Below are positions 54,141-63,616 of a DNA stretch of 64,000 nt, piece by piece. Origin of the DNA: a virus (taxonomy: Duplodnaviria > Caudoviricetes); IMG/VR virus record IMGVR_UViG_2667527228_000001, positions 1-64,000 of that record; one strand, given 5' to 3'. The notes below the pieces were generated by a model, which was not told the origin of the DNA, ran no database searches, and was given only the letters and a program-made list of their open reading frames with translations. Numbering within the stretch: the stretch's first letter is position 1; every line of letters begins with the position of its first letter. Both the position numbers and the translations under genes were made by a program.

Positions 54141-54956
54141 TTACTTCGGATCGAACGCACCGAGGGAAAGCGATGCGTTGGTGCCAATCTTGTCCTGCAG
54201 CACTGTCTTGAACTCCTGCGCTATGTCTTCGCGCTGTACCTCTTCACCAACCCAGCGCAGCTTCAACGCCGGCACTGCGCCGCTGGTGATCACCGAAATG
54301 CGCAGATTGATCTGCTGCTCGGTCAAACCCTCGTAAGGGATGGTGCTGAACAACAGGGCCGCCGGCAGCGTTTCTTTGCTGCGAGCCTCAATCTGATCCA
54401 TGGCGCTACGGCTGGCGCTGGTATCGCCGACGGTGGTTTCAGATTCGCTGGATGCTTTGACTGTGATGGTTCGCACCGCCGCGATGGCCTTTGCAACGGG
54501 AATCGCTTTGCCTTCGTCATCCACCGGCGTCAGGTACTGGTGCCAGTCTTCGATCCAGTCGCTCAGATCCTTCTGCGTCATGGCCCGTCCGCCGATGGAC
54601 TGCGCGGCTTTGTAGCCTGCTGATGCCTTCAGCTTCAGCACAGCGCGGTCGTCGGCATGGCCTGGCTCGGAATCGTCACCCAGATTGAACAGCAGGGTGC
54701 AGGTCATTTCGTCCTGGTCGATGAAGCCCTTGGCGGTGGCGATCGCCCGATCAGCGACGTAGGTGCTGAAGTCGGCCAGCGAATGGGTGGAGTAAATGCC
54801 GCGGAAGCGGCTGCGACCGGACTGCCATTTTTCCAGGCTGACAACCTGGCAACCTTCCGGCAGAACCACTGTCGGCGTCAGGGTGTCCAGCGGCTTGCCG
54901 CTCGCTTCGAGCGCAGTGTCGGTGATGAGCTGGATCGCTTCTTTGGTCAGAGACAT
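54141..54956 (-). CDS. YfdQ / DUF2303-family protein
   Basis: RFRG...PGHAD...SDWIEDW. Confidence 0.8.
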   Translation of the reverse strand: MSLTKEAIQLITDTALEASGKPLDTLTPTVVLPEGCQVVSLEKWQSGRSRFRGIYSTHSLADFSTYVADRAIATAKGFIDQDEMTCTLLFNLGDDSEPGHADDRAVLKLKASAGYKAAQSIGGRAMTQKDLSDWIEDWHQYLTPVDDEGKAIPVAKAIAAVRTITVKASSESETTVGDTSASRSAMDQIEARSKETLPAALLFSTIPYEGLTEQQINLRISVITSGAVPALKLRWVGEEVQREDIAQEFKTVLQDKIGTNASLSLGAFDPK

Positions 54957-54982
54957 TGTTTAGGTCCTTGGTGGTTAAGCGG

Positions 54983-55330
54983 TTAGGTGCGAGGGGTGAT
55001 GGGAGCTTGTTCGCGGCTGAAAAGCTGGTCGTGTTTCTCCGCGAAGAGGGTGATCTTGCCGCCGGTACCAACGTGCATCGGCGTATCCAGGCTGGTGTTC
55101 TCGCTGCGGGTACCGCGCTTAGTCGGCACCTTGTAGTCGAGCTTGTGCTTGATCTTCACTTGGCTGGACTCGCCGATCTGGCTGAAGTCCAGGGTGATCA
55201 CCAGCTTGCCGGTCTTGCCATGGTCAACAACCCCGGCGGCAACTTCGGAAAGGGCGTGGCCGATCTGGCTGGCAAATGCGCCGCCGTTCAGTTCTTCGAG
55301 AAACTCGGCGGTGTCGGTTGGGGTTGGCAT
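54983..55330 (-). CDS. YfdP-like protein
   Basis: FLEELNGG...TPMHVGTGG; paired with YfdQ. Confidence 0.7.
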   Translation of the reverse strand: MPTPTDTAEFLEELNGGAFASQIGHALSEVAAGVVDHGKTGKLVITLDFSQIGESSQVKIKHKLDYKVPTKRGTRSENTSLDTPMHVGTGGKITLFAEKHDQLFSREQAPITPRT

Positions 55331-55421
55331 GGCTGTTTCTCCGGGATGGCCAAGAGGCCGCTGGGGGGAAGGTTGAATTGCGACTGGCGAAGGCGCTGGC
55401 GCACCTGGGTATTGATTCGTT

Positions 55422-55883
55422 TCACGCGGCGACCTTCACTTGGTGCCAGGCGCCGGCGGCGTAGAACAGCTTCGCGGCCTGTGCCTCGTCGAGCGATACC
55501 TCGGCAGGAACGGCGATCCAGCCCGACGCCACCAGGTGGTTCGGGTTGCAGCTGTCTCGCAGCTCCAGGTAGTAATGCTCGATGGCATCTGTCAGGCGCT
55601 CGACCTTGTAGATGCCCTCGGGCGAGATCTCTACCGACTTGACGTACTCGACGCCGCGATCATCGCGGCACATGGCGCTGAGGTAGATCGTCCAGCGGTA
55701 GGAGAAGTCGAACAGCGCGTTTGCGATGGCCAGGCTTCGGATCTGCCGGCAGCTCTTCCAGTTGGCCATGATCTGCGCGCCGCTGGGGTCAATGTTCACG
55801 ACGGCGACGTGATTGGTCCTGAGCAACGCCCGGCAGTTTCGTTCGGCACGGGCGAAGCCATTGTTCGGCTTGCGCTTGCTCAT
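55422..55883 (-). CDS. Hypothetical phage protein
   Basis: 153 aa; in operon. Confidence 0.75.
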   Translation of the reverse strand: MSKRKPNNGFARAERNCRALLRTNHVAVVNIDPSGAQIMANWKSCRQIRSLAIANALFDFSYRWTIYLSAMCRDDRGVEYVKSVEISPEGIYKVERLTDAIEHYYLELRDSCNPNHLVASGWIAVPAEVSLDEAQAAKLFYAAGAWHQVKVAA

Positions 55884-56113
55884 AGCGCCTCCGTGATTCG
55901 TCGCAGTGCGATCCGTTCGGCGTGGGATGGGGAAGGCCGCCGGCGTTTCAGTACGGTGTCCGGGTCGATCTTGTTGGAGCGGGAAGGGCGGGGCTCAGGC
56001 CTGAAGGCCGCTGCGGCTTCAGCCTTCCCACCGGCACCGAAGAACTCGGCGATTTTGCGTTCGATTTCGGTCAGTACCGCGGTGCGCGGGTCTGGCAGAG
56101 GACCGGTGTTCAT
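55880..56113 (-). CDS. Hypothetical phage protein
   Basis: FFGAGG motif like 10872-11228. Confidence 0.7.
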   Translation of the reverse strand: MNTGPLPDPRTAVLTEIERKIAEFFGAGGKAEAAAAFRPEPRPSRSNKIDPDTVLKRRRPSPSHAERIALRRITEAL

Positions 56114-56472
56114 CGTGAGACTCCCATGAAGGCGAATCCGGCGAGCATGACGGCGGACACGAATGCCCAACGGGTCATCAAGCGCGCCACGTAAGCGACG
56201 GTGCGCTGCGTAGTTTTGGTAGCGCGAGCCGCGCTTTCGAAATCCTCAGCCGACCGGCAGGCATTGAGGTGTCCGGCGATTTCGGCACGCTCGGTACCGG
56301 TCTGGCGATCAACTACGCCAAACAGATTGTTACCGTGTGGCACTACGGTGAAGCGCGGCGAAGCCACGGCGGCTGTAATCCCTGCCTTTTGGTAGAACTC
56401 GGCGGTGGCCAGGGTGGCGCGTTGACGCAGTCCGTCAAGGATGGCTCGGCTCAGTTGGATTGTCGGGTTCAT
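56110..56472 (-). CDS. Hypothetical phage protein with C-terminal TM
   Basis: AAGGA RBS; coupled. Confidence 0.65.
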   Translation of the reverse strand: MNPTIQLSRAILDGLRQRATLATAEFYQKAGITAAVASPRFTVVPHGNNLFGVVDRQTGTERAEIAGHLNACRSAEDFESAARATKTTQRTVAYVARLMTRWAFVSAVMLAGFAFMGVSR

Positions 56473-56547
56473 GTCCTTTCCTCAGTTCATTCGACAGGAA
56501 AAACTTTTCCGGTTAGGTGCAAAATGTTTCCGATGTGCTTACACCAC

Positions 56548-56931
56548 CTATGCATGGAGGTCGTAGGCCTCGGCGCGTTTCGCCGTCCGTACCTGGGCGA
56601 TTCGACGTTCAGGGACTCGGCGATCACGTCGCATGGAATCGCCATCAAGCATTGCGTGCATGGCGATCAGCGCTGCCAGCACGAAGCACATCGGGGAAAT
56701 GATTTGCCGGCGCATCGCCTCGGCTACCAATGCGGCGCGGCGGGTGACGCCGAGCTTGAACATTGCATTGGTGAGGCGTTTCGCGACGGTGGCCGGTGAA
56801 ATGCCGACCTCTCGCGCGATTTCCTTGGCGGTCAGCCCGAGGGCTACCCACAGAAGGAACTGAAGCTCTCGCGGCGCCAGGCCACGACCGAGGTGACCCT
56901 TCCATGTGCCATTTACGATTTCTGTTTCCAT
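56548..56931 (-). CDS. LuxR-type HTH regulator
   Basis: LAPRELQ...GLTAKEIA...KLGVTRR. Confidence 0.85.
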   Translation of the reverse strand: METEIVNGTWKGHLGRGLAPRELQFLLWVALGLTAKEIAREVGISPATVAKRLTNAMFKLGVTRRAALVAEAMRRQIISPMCFVLAALIAMHAMLDGDSMRRDRRVPERRIAQVRTAKRAEAYDLHA

Positions 56932-57187
56932 CGCGTTGACTCCCGGTTGTTTTCCCAATGCACCCGGGTAAGCAGGTGCATCAGTGAAAAACTCTGTGTC
57001 CCTTCGGCGCTGCTGGCGCGGTACGGGCTCAATCAAGTTGTTCGTCCGACCGCGACTCAGTCCGCCGGATAACTGTTTGCGGTGCTTTACGCTGCACACC
57101 TGGGTCAGTTGCCAACCCTCTGAACCATTGAGGCTGGTTCATCGCTGCCTTTCATATGGCCGGTTGTTATCCGGCAATGATGCAACA

Positions 57188-57227
57188 TTACCCATGGGTA
57201 ACATTATTGGTCAATACCTGTAGGTAA
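57188..57227. promoter_or_regulatory. OL operators of prophage 2 (TTACC-N4-GGTAA)
   Basis: TTACCCATGGGTAA; ATACCTGTAGGTAA. Confidence 0.75.
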
Positions 57228-57245
57228 TTATTTTTCTCGCGGGCG

Positions 57246-57276
57246 AAAAAAAACCCGCTGGAAAGGCGGGTTTTTT
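57246..57276. terminator. Bidirectional terminator after cI of prophage 2
   Basis: A8-CCCGC-TGGAAAG-GCGGG-T6. Confidence 0.75.
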
Positions 57277-57293
57277 GAGTGGCTTGATAGCGA

Positions 57294-58031
57294 TTAGAGA
57301 AGAACTGAGTACCAGAAGACCTTACCGATCACGATGATGTCTTTTTTTAGCATTTCCTCTGCGCTGTATTCTTCGTCCGGATGCTCGTCTCTGTTGTAGC
57401 TGCGCATTCTGATGCCGCCGCCAGGTGCGCGGTACAGGGTCTTCACCCTGAGTTGGCCTCCGTGATTCAAGGCGTACATTTTTCCATCAGTTATCGATGT
57501 GCAACCCTGGTCAACGCCAACAGTACTTCCATGAGGCAGCACCGGCTCCATGCTGTTTCCGGCCACGGAAACACATACCGCTTCGCTCGGCTGCACGTTC
57601 TGTCTACGAAGTGTTTGCTTGCCAAAACGCAGCTTTTGCTTATGCGATGGCTCTACCACGGTCTTTCCGCTACCTGCGGATAGTTCTACTTCCTTGAGGA
57701 ACGGCACGTACACCTCATCATCATCCAGCGGTGTGTCATCGTCCCAAACCGAGAATTGGCCCAGGTATTCGGCGTTGCTCTCAACTTTCTCCGCAGGTTG
57801 CATGCCCTGACGGTCAAGCTGATAACGCTCTAGGTTGAGCTTCGTCTCAATGTCCCGAGCGAAGTCTTCCCCGATGTTTTTGCTACCGGCTGAGGATGGC
57901 GCAGTCGAGAGGCAGCGGGATATGTAGTTGGCACTCTTTCCCAAAGCATCGGCCAACCTGGCCTGCTTTCCGTCAAAGCGCTGCTTCATGAGTGCCCGCA
58001 AATTTTCGCGGCGAATATCTGAAATTTCCAT
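57294..58031 (-). CDS. cI: CI-like repressor (S24 peptidase)
   Basis: RRENLRALM HTH region; SAG, GNSMEP, VKTL. Confidence 0.92.
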   Translation of the reverse strand: MEISDIRRENLRALMKQRFDGKQARLADALGKSANYISRCLSTAPSSAGSKNIGEDFARDIETKLNLERYQLDRQGMQPAEKVESNAEYLGQFSVWDDDTPLDDDEVYVPFLKEVELSAGSGKTVVEPSHKQKLRFGKQTLRRQNVQPSEAVCVSVAGNSMEPVLPHGSTVGVDQGCTSITDGKMYALNHGGQLRVKTLYRAPGGGIRMRSYNRDEHPDEEYSAEEMLKKDIIVIGKVFWYSVLL

Positions 58032-58051
58032 CCGCAAATCATCCATCACGG

Positions 58052-58104
58052 TTACCAATAGGTAAATTCCCTGTGGGTATTGCTTTGAGATTACCTAGAG
58101 GTAA
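58052..58104. promoter_or_regulatory. OR operators of prophage 2
   Basis: TTACCAATAGGTAA, TTCCCTGTGGGTAT, TTACCTAGAGGTAA. Confidence 0.75.
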
Positions 58105-58133
58105 TACTTTCTACGTCTACAAGGAGGGCCCGC

Positions 58134-58364
58134 ATGCGGACCAAAAAACCACAACTTCTCGTGTGGCTGAAAACTGCAAGTGACGCGGACGTCCTCAGTA
58201 CTGGGACTAGTCGCGCCTATTTGCGCCTGATCGCCTACGGCCATAAGACCGCTTCAGCCGAAATAGCTGCTCGCACTGAGTCAGCTACAGGGGGAAAGGT
58301 AACCAGAAAGGACCTTCGACCCGATGACTGGCAACAAATCTGGCCAGAGCTTTCTGGGGCTTGA
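58134..58364 (+). CDS. cro: Cro-like regulator
   Basis: GTSRAYLRLIAYG...LRPDDWQQIWPEL. Confidence 0.85.
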   Translation: MRTKKPQLLVWLKTASDADVLSTGTSRAYLRLIAYGHKTASAEIAARTESATGGKVTRKDLRPDDWQQIWPELSGA

Positions 58365-58437
58365 GCGTGCATCGATTCCCGTTTCGTTGAACCAATTATT
58401 CGGGAATTTGCATTTTGAAGCAGTACACCGTGCATAG

Positions 58438-58453
58438 CTGTTCATTTATACAG
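58438..58453. promoter_or_regulatory. LexA (SOS) box
   Basis: CTGT-TCATTTAT-ACAG. Confidence 0.7.
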
Positions 58454-58563
58454 CGCATAGGACATGGAGGCAGAAGGACGATGAAATCTAAAAGTGGCAA
58501 CTCGCCGGAAAAACGCCTTGGTCACCTCAAGGCATCGCCGGTTTCTGTCCAGGATGTTTCCGT

Positions 58564-59265
58564 ATGAGCACCGTCATCATGAGCGCGTGCTGGCCACTGC
58601 TCGGCATGAGCCCGGCTCAGAAGGCAGTCCTGATCTCTTTGGCCGACAACGCCAATGACGAGGGCGTTTGCTGGCCTTCCATTGCGACAATTGGAGTGCG
58701 CACTTGCCTGTCTGAGCGTGCGGTTCGCAACGCCTTGCGTTGGCTGGAGGAGGCGGGCGTGTTGGCGAGTAACCAACGTTTTGGCCGTTCGACCTGGTAT
58801 TCAATCACCCCGGCAGGATATGCCCCCGGCAGCAAATGCCCCCCGGCACCAGATGCCCCATCACCCCGGCAGGATATGCCGGACACCCCGGCACCAGATG
58901 CCCCCAGAACCGTAAGGGAACCGTCAATTGAACCGTCACAGGGTGGCAATCGCGTTCCGCGCTCGCCGTCTTGCCCGGTTCAGGACATCGTTGATTTGTT
59001 CAACCGACTGCTCACACCAGCTCTACCGACCGTAGTTCTCGTCTCCGAGGCACGCAAAAAGCAAATCCGTGCACGCTGGAACCAGAGCGACGTTCACCAG
59101 AATCTTGAGTTCTGGACGGAGTACTTCGCCACGGTCGCCCAGTCCGATTTCCTGATGGGCCGTGCTTCGGGTAAAAACGGCGGCGCACCTTTCCGGGCCA
59201 GCTTCGACTGGCTGATCGCCCCGAGCAACTTCGTCAAGGTTGTGGAGGGCAATTACAGTGCGTGA
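58564..59265 (+). CDS. Phage replication initiator (HTH)
   Basis: KAVLISLADNANDEGVCWPS; GGCACCAGATGCCCC iteron-like repeats; FDWLI...EGNY. Confidence 0.85.
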   Translation: MSTVIMSACWPLLGMSPAQKAVLISLADNANDEGVCWPSIATIGVRTCLSERAVRNALRWLEEAGVLASNQRFGRSTWYSITPAGYAPGSKCPPAPDAPSPRQDMPDTPAPDAPRTVREPSIEPSQGGNRVPRSPSCPVQDIVDLFNRLLTPALPTVVLVSEARKKQIRARWNQSDVHQNLEFWTEYFATVAQSDFLMGRASGKNGGAPFRASFDWLIAPSNFVKVVEGNYSA

Positions 59266-60637
59266 GCCCTACAGCATCGAGGCCGAGCACGGCCTGCTGG
59301 GCGCGATGATGCAGCGTCCTGAACTGATCGACTCCCTGAGCGACGACCTGTCCCCCGAATCGTTTTACTTTCCAGCAAACGCCGAGGTGTATCGGGGGAT
59401 TCTCGCGGTTCGCGATGCGGGTAAGTCTGTCGACTTTCTCACCGTGGGTAATCACGTTGGCAATTTGGCTGATGGCTCGCCAGCTTTCGCCTACTGCGCC
59501 GAGATCGTCCACGGTACGCCCAGTGTTGCCAGTGCGAAGACCTATGCGGGCATCGTGCGTGAAAGGGCTATCGAACGTTCCCTGTTTGAGCTTGGCACCC
59601 AGGCCATGGATATCGCGCACAGCGATCAGGACGTGCAGGCGAAAATCGCCGCCGTCCAAGCCGCTGCCATGGCGATTGATTGCGGTGCGGGTGATGACGA
59701 CATCGTCAAAGTGGGTGACGTGCTGGCCGATCAACTGGAGGTTTGGCAGGAGCGCCACGATCGCCATGCCCGTGGTGAAACGCTGATCGGCCTATCCACC
59801 GGCCTGAAAGACCTGGACGAGAAACTGGGCGGCTTGCAGCCGGATCACCTGTACATCGTTGCCGGCCGGCCCGCCATGGGCAAAACCACGCTCGCCATGG
59901 GCTTCGTCATCGACGCAGCGGTGCGCCAGTGCAAGTCAGCGCTCGTCATCAGCCTGGAGATGAACAAAGGCCAGCTGCTCGACCGGGCGATAGCATCCGA
60001 GGGGCGTGTCCCGCTCACGTTGGTGAAAAACGGCACGGCGTGCCAGAGCCACGGCGCGGAGCTTTCTGCTGCGGCCGGGATCCTGCGGCGCGCACCGCTT
60101 TACATCGCTGACCGAGCGGGTTCGTCGATTGGTCGCATCCGCTCCCTGGCCCGTCGCCACAAGATGCGTTACGGCCTGGACCTGCTGATGATCGATTACC
60201 TGCAATTGCTGGAAGGCGAGGGCGGTAACCGTACCGAAGAGGTCAGCAGCATCAGCCGGGGTTGCAAGCTGCTCGCCAAGGAGTTGGGCATTCCTGTCGT
60301 GTTGCTGAGCCAGCTTTCGCGCAAATGCGAAGAGCGCCCGAACAAGCGGCCTATCCCTTCCGATTTGCGGGAGTCCGGGGCCATCGAGCAGGACGCCGAC
60401 GTGATCCTGTTCGTGTACCGCGACGAGGTCTACCACGAAAACACTGATGCCAAAGGCATTGCCGAAATCATCATCGGCAAGGGGCGCGACATCGAAAAGG
60501 GCACCGTCCGTACAGCCTTCCTTGGGCAGTACAACCGTTTTGAAAACCTTGCTGCGGGGTGGAAGCCAGAGCCTGTCGAGCAGCCGGAGAAAGTCACCAG
60601 TCTGGCCAGCCGTTACCGTCAAAAGGAAAAATTCTGA
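59258..60637 (+). CDS. dnaB: Replicative helicase
   Basis: GRPAMGKT, IDYLQ, SQLSR, LRESGAIEQDAD. Confidence 0.95.
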   Translation: MREPYSIEAEHGLLGAMMQRPELIDSLSDDLSPESFYFPANAEVYRGILAVRDAGKSVDFLTVGNHVGNLADGSPAFAYCAEIVHGTPSVASAKTYAGIVRERAIERSLFELGTQAMDIAHSDQDVQAKIAAVQAAAMAIDCGAGDDDIVKVGDVLADQLEVWQERHDRHARGETLIGLSTGLKDLDEKLGGLQPDHLYIVAGRPAMGKTTLAMGFVIDAAVRQCKSALVISLEMNKGQLLDRAIASEGRVPLTLVKNGTACQSHGAELSAAAGILRRAPLYIADRAGSSIGRIRSLARRHKMRYGLDLLMIDYLQLLEGEGGNRTEEVSSISRGCKLLAKELGIPVVLLSQLSRKCEERPNKRPIPSDLRESGAIEQDADVILFVYRDEVYHENTDAKGIAEIIIGKGRDIEKGTVRTAFLGQYNRFENLAAGWKPEPVEQPEKVTSLASRYRQKEKF

Positions 60638-60846
60638 TGGATATTCAGCGACTCGCTGCACCCGCGTCATCGAACTACCGCTACGCGGTGTTTTGCTGCT
60701 CATTCAAATGGGAGCTGGGAAGTACCCCGGACCATGCAATGGCTTTGTTTGCCGACGAGGCCATGGCCAGGCGGTACGGCGCGTTGATGTGGCCCTCAAC
60801 CTTCGAGGTGGTGGATCGTTTTGCCCTGGCGGAGATGAAGGATTGA
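60637..60846 (+). CDS. Hypothetical phage protein
   Basis: TGATG coupling to dnaB. Confidence 0.65.
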   Translation: MDIQRLAAPASSNYRYAVFCCSFKWELGSTPDHAMALFADEAMARRYGALMWPSTFEVVDRFALAEMKD

Positions 60847-62138
60847 GCGCCCTGATCAAGACCTTGACCGTAAAGCTGTCCGACGCCGAAATTCTGCGTA
60901 ACGCCAAGCTAGAGCATGTGCGCGATCTGCGCGATGCCAGTCATCCCGCGCTGCACTTTCGCTTCGCGAAGAATCGCACGCACGGGTCGTGGTACCTGCT
61001 TAACAAGCGGCAGTGGCACCGCATCGGCGCCTTTCCCGCACTGTCCACCAAGCAAGTCATTGCGGCCCTGCCGGCGGTGCGTCTGCGGGTCGCGGCTGAT
61101 GGTGCTGCCAGCGTTTCGGGTTGGGTGACCGTCGGCGAGTTGCTGGACTGGTTTGCCGATCGCATGGCCCGTTCGCGTGCGCTCTCGACCAAACGGCGCT
61201 CGGCCGGCAAGTCGGCAATCAGCTGCCAGCTCAAGCCGCGTCTGGATGATTTGCTGCTTCGCGACGTGAATGCCCAGACCCTAGACCAGCTGCTGATGTG
61301 GCCGGCACAAGAAGAGTTGTCACTGTCCTACGTCCAGCAGCTCTACCGACTGCTCGCGGTGGCCTTTCGTCAGGCCCGTAAATTGGACCTGATCCCGGTC
61401 AACCCGATGGCCGAGCTCAAGTTCATCAACTTCACGACGGCCCGCATCCTGCCAAAGCCGGCACGTCTGCGCGATGTTCAGTTGCCCGAGTTGGTCGAGC
61501 AACTGACCGAGCAGTTTGACCGTTCGCCAGCTGACGCGATGCTGGCCCTGATGATGCTCTGCCACGGCACTCGCATCGGAGAAACCCGACAGGCACGTTG
61601 GGCCGATATCGCGTTGGCCGAGCGTGAGTGGTTCCTGCCGGCCGATCACACGAAGAGCAAAGCCGAGCTCCGGGTGCCGCTGACCGACCAGGTGTGCGCA
61701 TTGTTGCGCCGGTACCGGGATCGCCAAACAGCCACCGGTTACGAAGGTGCATTTCTGTTCCCGTCACGCCGAGGGAAAGCATTGAGCGATAACCAGGCCA
61801 GTGCCGTGTTCACCCGATTGGGGCAGGGCGCCTGGACCAGTCACGACCTGCGCAAAGTGGCGCGTACTGCCTGGACTGACCTCGGCGTCGACGGCCACAT
61901 CGGCGAGATGTTGCTGAACCACTCGTTGGGAAAGATCGCCTCGACCTACATCAACACCCAGGCCAAAGAACAGCGCCGGTTGGCTTTGGTGAAGTGGCAC
62001 AACTGGTTAGATGAACGCGGCTTCAAGGCGATCCATCAGCAGACAGGCGCTAGATATGAAGATTCGCAAAACCTCGTAGACGCCTTGAATAGCGCGGCCT
62101 GCGAGTCACTTCCGCAATTTGTTAAGGGCGAGGTTTAA
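60843..62138 (+). CDS. Second tyrosine recombinase, inside the replication operon
   Basis: GTRIGE, TKSK, HDLR, LNH, TY; TTG start. Confidence 0.88.
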   Translation: MSALIKTLTVKLSDAEILRNAKLEHVRDLRDASHPALHFRFAKNRTHGSWYLLNKRQWHRIGAFPALSTKQVIAALPAVRLRVAADGAASVSGWVTVGELLDWFADRMARSRALSTKRRSAGKSAISCQLKPRLDDLLLRDVNAQTLDQLLMWPAQEELSLSYVQQLYRLLAVAFRQARKLDLIPVNPMAELKFINFTTARILPKPARLRDVQLPELVEQLTEQFDRSPADAMLALMMLCHGTRIGETRQARWADIALAEREWFLPADHTKSKAELRVPLTDQVCALLRRYRDRQTATGYEGAFLFPSRRGKALSDNQASAVFTRLGQGAWTSHDLRKVARTAWTDLGVDGHIGEMLLNHSLGKIASTYINTQAKEQRRLALVKWHNWLDERGFKAIHQQTGARYEDSQNLVDALNSAACESLPQFVKGEV

Positions 62139-62140
62139 AA

Positions 62141-62347
62141 ATGATGATTTTGGTCGATCCCCGCTGCAGGTTGGCGGTGCAGGCAAGCGATATCAGTTCC
62201 ATGCAGTTGGTTCTGAAGCCTGGCGGAAGCTGTTCTCTGGTACTTCACATGACGTCCGGCCGTGAGATCGATATCCCGTCCTGGAACGATTCGGGCTTCC
62301 TCGACCTGAGCGCCGTTCATGCCAAGATCATGGGAGCCGGCAAATGA
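62141..62347 (+). CDS. Hypothetical phage protein
   Basis: GAGG RBS. Confidence 0.6.
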   Translation: MMILVDPRCRLAVQASDISSMQLVLKPGGSCSLVLHMTSGREIDIPSWNDSGFLDLSAVHAKIMGAGK

Positions 62348-62655
62348 AGAAGAACCATGGTCCGGGTTTTGTGCGCTGCTTGATCCCGCTCACCGACTGC
62401 CCGTCGTGTGCCGGCAAGGGGATCATCCAAGGCGTGTTTCATCAGCTCGACTGCATTGGTTGCCATGCCTCCGGCCAGGTCCATGCGGTGACGTTGGAAC
62501 CGCTGCCGGTGGAAGACCTGGTGGTGCAGTTGGGCATGCTGCTGCGTCGGGAGCGTCACCTCGCCACCCTGGCACCGTCGGCGAACGACACCGCCACGCA
62601 GTACCAGCAGAACAACAGTCGCGGCGCCGGCCGCTCGTCTTTCAAGGGGGATTGA
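62344..62655 (+). CDS. Zn-finger (CxxCxGxG) phage protein
   Basis: CPSCAGKG...CIGCHASG. Confidence 0.7.
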   Translation: MKKNHGPGFVRCLIPLTDCPSCAGKGIIQGVFHQLDCIGCHASGQVHAVTLEPLPVEDLVVQLGMLLRRERHLATLAPSANDTATQYQQNNSRGAGRSSFKGD

Positions 62656-62658
62656 TTC

Positions 62659-63012
62659 ATGGCGAGAACAAAGAACTTCACCGAGCGGACTGCTGAAGAC
62701 CTGCTGGAGCATTGGGGTCGCTGGGTCGTGTTGGGCTCTGGCGTGTCCTGCTGTGCGTCCCGGGAGAACACGCTGCACACTCCGATGATCACCGACGACG
62801 ACGCGCTGATGATCGATGGTTTGATGGGTCGACTGCTCAAGCGGTACCCGGAGTGCGGCAACGTGCTGATGAAGTACTACACCGCCCGCGACAAGGCGCT
62901 GGTCGATGTCGGCAAGAAACTCGGCTTCGGGGAAGAGAAAACTCGGCAGCTGTGGAAGGCCGGAATTGCCTGGATCGATGGTGCTTTAGATATTCGTCGC
63001 GAAGCTGCTTAA
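62659..63012 (+). CDS. Q: Antiterminator Q
   Basis: LLEHWGRW...ITDDDA...AWIDG. Confidence 0.85.
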   Translation: MARTKNFTERTAEDLLEHWGRWVVLGSGVSCCASRENTLHTPMITDDDALMIDGLMGRLLKRYPECGNVLMKYYTARDKALVDVGKKLGFGEEKTRQLWKAGIAWIDGALDIRREAA

Positions 63013-63067
63013 CGTCTTTGAGCTATTATCTGAAGACTCGATCAATTCACTTTAGTTGGTGGGCTAG

Positions 63068-63460
63068 ATGTCCAATTCCAGCATGGATTCGAAAAAATAC
63101 AGATGGTGGTTCGCAGGCATCTTTGCCGTTTCTCTTCTTGTTTTTTTGGCGGGTCAGGTTTGGGAGTTTGCTGCACCGTCGATCCAGTCAGCACCGCCTT
63201 CGCACGGTAATAACCAACCCTCGGATGGCATAAGTGCATTGAACCTTGTGTCCATCGCATCCCTCGCAACTTCGATTGCGTCCTTCTTCGGGTTTCTGAT
63301 CACGACCCGCATAGCTTGGCGCAAAGAGAGGCGCGAAGGAGAGTTTGCCGATCTCGATTTAGAAAGGAAGAAGTTGGAGCTTGAGTCACTGCGGCTCGAT
63401 ATGGAAAAAAAACGCAAGGAAGCGTCGTCTCGAACTGGAGGGCCGGATATTTCGCCATGA
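63068..63460 (+). CDS. Two-TM moron protein
   Basis: Two hydrophobic segments; charged coiled-coil tail. Confidence 0.65.
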   Translation: MSNSSMDSKKYRWWFAGIFAVSLLVFLAGQVWEFAAPSIQSAPPSHGNNQPSDGISALNLVSIASLATSIASFFGFLITTRIAWRKERREGEFADLDLERKKLELESLRLDMEKKRKEASSRTGGPDISP

Positions 63461-63493
63461 TCCGCTAGTGCAAAAATAGTTCTCAGGTGAGTG

Positions 63494-63522
63494 TTGACAC
63501 GCCCGGGCCTGATCTATAGATT
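63494..63522 (+). promoter_or_regulatory. Late promoter pR'-like
   Basis: TTGACA-N17-TAGATT. Confidence 0.6.
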
Positions 63523-63551
63523 TCTCGTTACTTTGCGGTTTTTCCGCGAGC

Positions 63552-63580
63552 AAAGCCCGACTCTGAAGTTGGGCTTTTTT
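63552..63580 (+). terminator. tR'-like terminator
   Basis: AAAGCCCGACT-CTGA-AGTTGGGCTTTTTT. Confidence 0.75.
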
Positions 63581-63616
63581 GTTTTCTGTGGTTCAGACAA
63601 CAAGCTGGAGTTTTCA

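Noticed and set aside
60447-60842. N-terminal extension making a 563-aa recombinase
   Set aside because: It overlaps dnaB and a coupled small gene; the TTG at 60843 gives a normal integrase length.
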